From NCBI GenBank assembly GCA_964580585.1, contig CAZOKZ010000001.1, forward strand, positions 119,893-183,892: a stretch of 64,000 nucleotides of DNA, read 5' to 3'. The notes below the pieces were generated by a model that saw nothing but the letters and a program-made list of their open reading frames with translations, ran no database searches and was not told the origin of the DNA. The DNA comes from an uncultured Candidatus Sumerlaeota bacterium. Lineage in GTDB: Bacteria; Sumerlaeota; Sumerlaeia; SLMS01; JAHLLQ01. A program made the position numbers and the translations under genes. This document shows, piece after piece, positions 63,393 through 64,000 of the stretch; position 1 is the stretch's first letter; every line of letters starts with the position of its first letter.

Positions 63393-63989
63393 ATGGGCTT
63401 AAAAATCTGGTCAAAAAATGCAGGCAATATGAAGAAATACGAAAAATTTCTCCTGCTTCCTTTTCAAATCACATTGATTTTAATGGCCTTGTTTCTTGGG
63501 CTCATTTTTCTGCTTCTCTTCTTGATAATAATGATCCCATGGATTCTCTCTGTTCCTTTTTCACATGCTTATGAACATTTGAAATTGCGAAGCAAACACC
63601 GGCTAGTTTCTTCACGAAAATTGATTTCACGACTGGAACAGAGTAACCCCGGTACATTGATCGTCGAAGTGGGACCGAGTCAAAAAACCTATTGGTGGAC
63701 GTCAGAAAAGGTCCGCGAAAAATCGCCCGTGCCCTATCCAAAAAAATCAGAACGTAAATTAGCTCGAAGACAAACGTGTTCACTTCCTTGGGACCAATGG
63801 GTATGGGAAACCTATCTAAAACCCAAATGCGGAACCGCTACCCTGATACACGATGCAAACCGTCAAGCGATTGAAAAGAAACTGTTACGCTTGTTCCCCG
63901 ACATCGAAATCGCACACATTTGGACAACGTTTCTGAACAGTCCTCAAATTGCAGTTTCTTCGGAAAATACAACCTACGAAAAAGAATAA
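63393..63989 (+). CDS. Hypothetical membrane protein in an AT-richer segment
   Basis: 198 aa with one or two hydrophobic helices (FLLLPFQITLILMALFLGLIFLLLFLIIMIPWIL) and a basic soluble tail. The start is ambiguous (MGLK or MKKYEKF). Confidence 0.4.
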   Translation: MGLKIWSKNAGNMKKYEKFLLLPFQITLILMALFLGLIFLLLFLIIMIPWILSVPFSHAYEHLKLRSKHRLVSSRKLISRLEQSNPGTLIVEVGPSQKTYWWTSEKVREKSPVPYPKKSERKLARRQTCSLPWDQWVWETYLKPKCGTATLIHDANRQAIEKKLLRLFPDIEIAHIWTTFLNSPQIAVSSENTTYEKE

Positions 63990-64000
63990 AAGTACGAAGA

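Noticed and set aside
1-64000. A scan for CRISPR arrays, tRNA or rRNA genes, IS elements, integrases and prophage genes.
   Set aside because: I saw no regularly spaced direct repeats, no tRNA-like T-arm or acceptor patterns, no rRNA-like sequence and no transposase- or integrase-like ORFs. This was a by-eye scan, so small or degenerate elements could be missed.

Overview
This looks like an ordinary chromosomal segment, most likely from a Planctomycetota-type genome. That guess rests on very large secreted repeat proteins, FG-GAP/VCBS repeats, a prepilin-type pseudopilin, the futalosine gene mqnA, a sulfotransferase, weak Shine-Dalgarno sites and scattered histidine genes (hisH, a PHP histidinol phosphatase and hisG, not in one operon). 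I support about 45 protein-coding genes. Housekeeping genes recognised from motifs are hisH, yidC, jag/khpB, cysK, recF, bpt, rpoD, dinG-like, rnr, mqnA, gdh, addB, hisG and rapA. There is a glycan-modification cluster at the left edge and several intrinsic terminators. By eye I found no rRNA, tRNA, CRISPR array, transposase, integrase or recognisable defence-system gene set. The items most worth a second look are: (1) a 1,936-aa secreted protein built from 13 tandem two-cysteine BACON-like modules with a 600-nt higher-order periodicity; (2) a RadC-type JAB/MPN domain fused to the N-terminus of a DinG/XPD-type Fe-S helicase; (3) a roughly 740-bp hairpin-dense non-coding gap upstream of gdh that ends in a GNRA-capped terminator, a candidate structured RNA or attenuator leader; (4) an atypical PP-loop (SGGxDS) protein with a QueC-like Cys cluster, start/stop-overlapped with a polysaccharide pyruvyl transferase; (5) smaller oddities, including an RGG-tailed Jag, a NifU-like protein with relocated cysteines, inverted 8-mer arrays upstream of a DnaD-like ORF, and a Cys-rich membrane protein. 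All functional calls come from motif recognition by eye. No database search was run.
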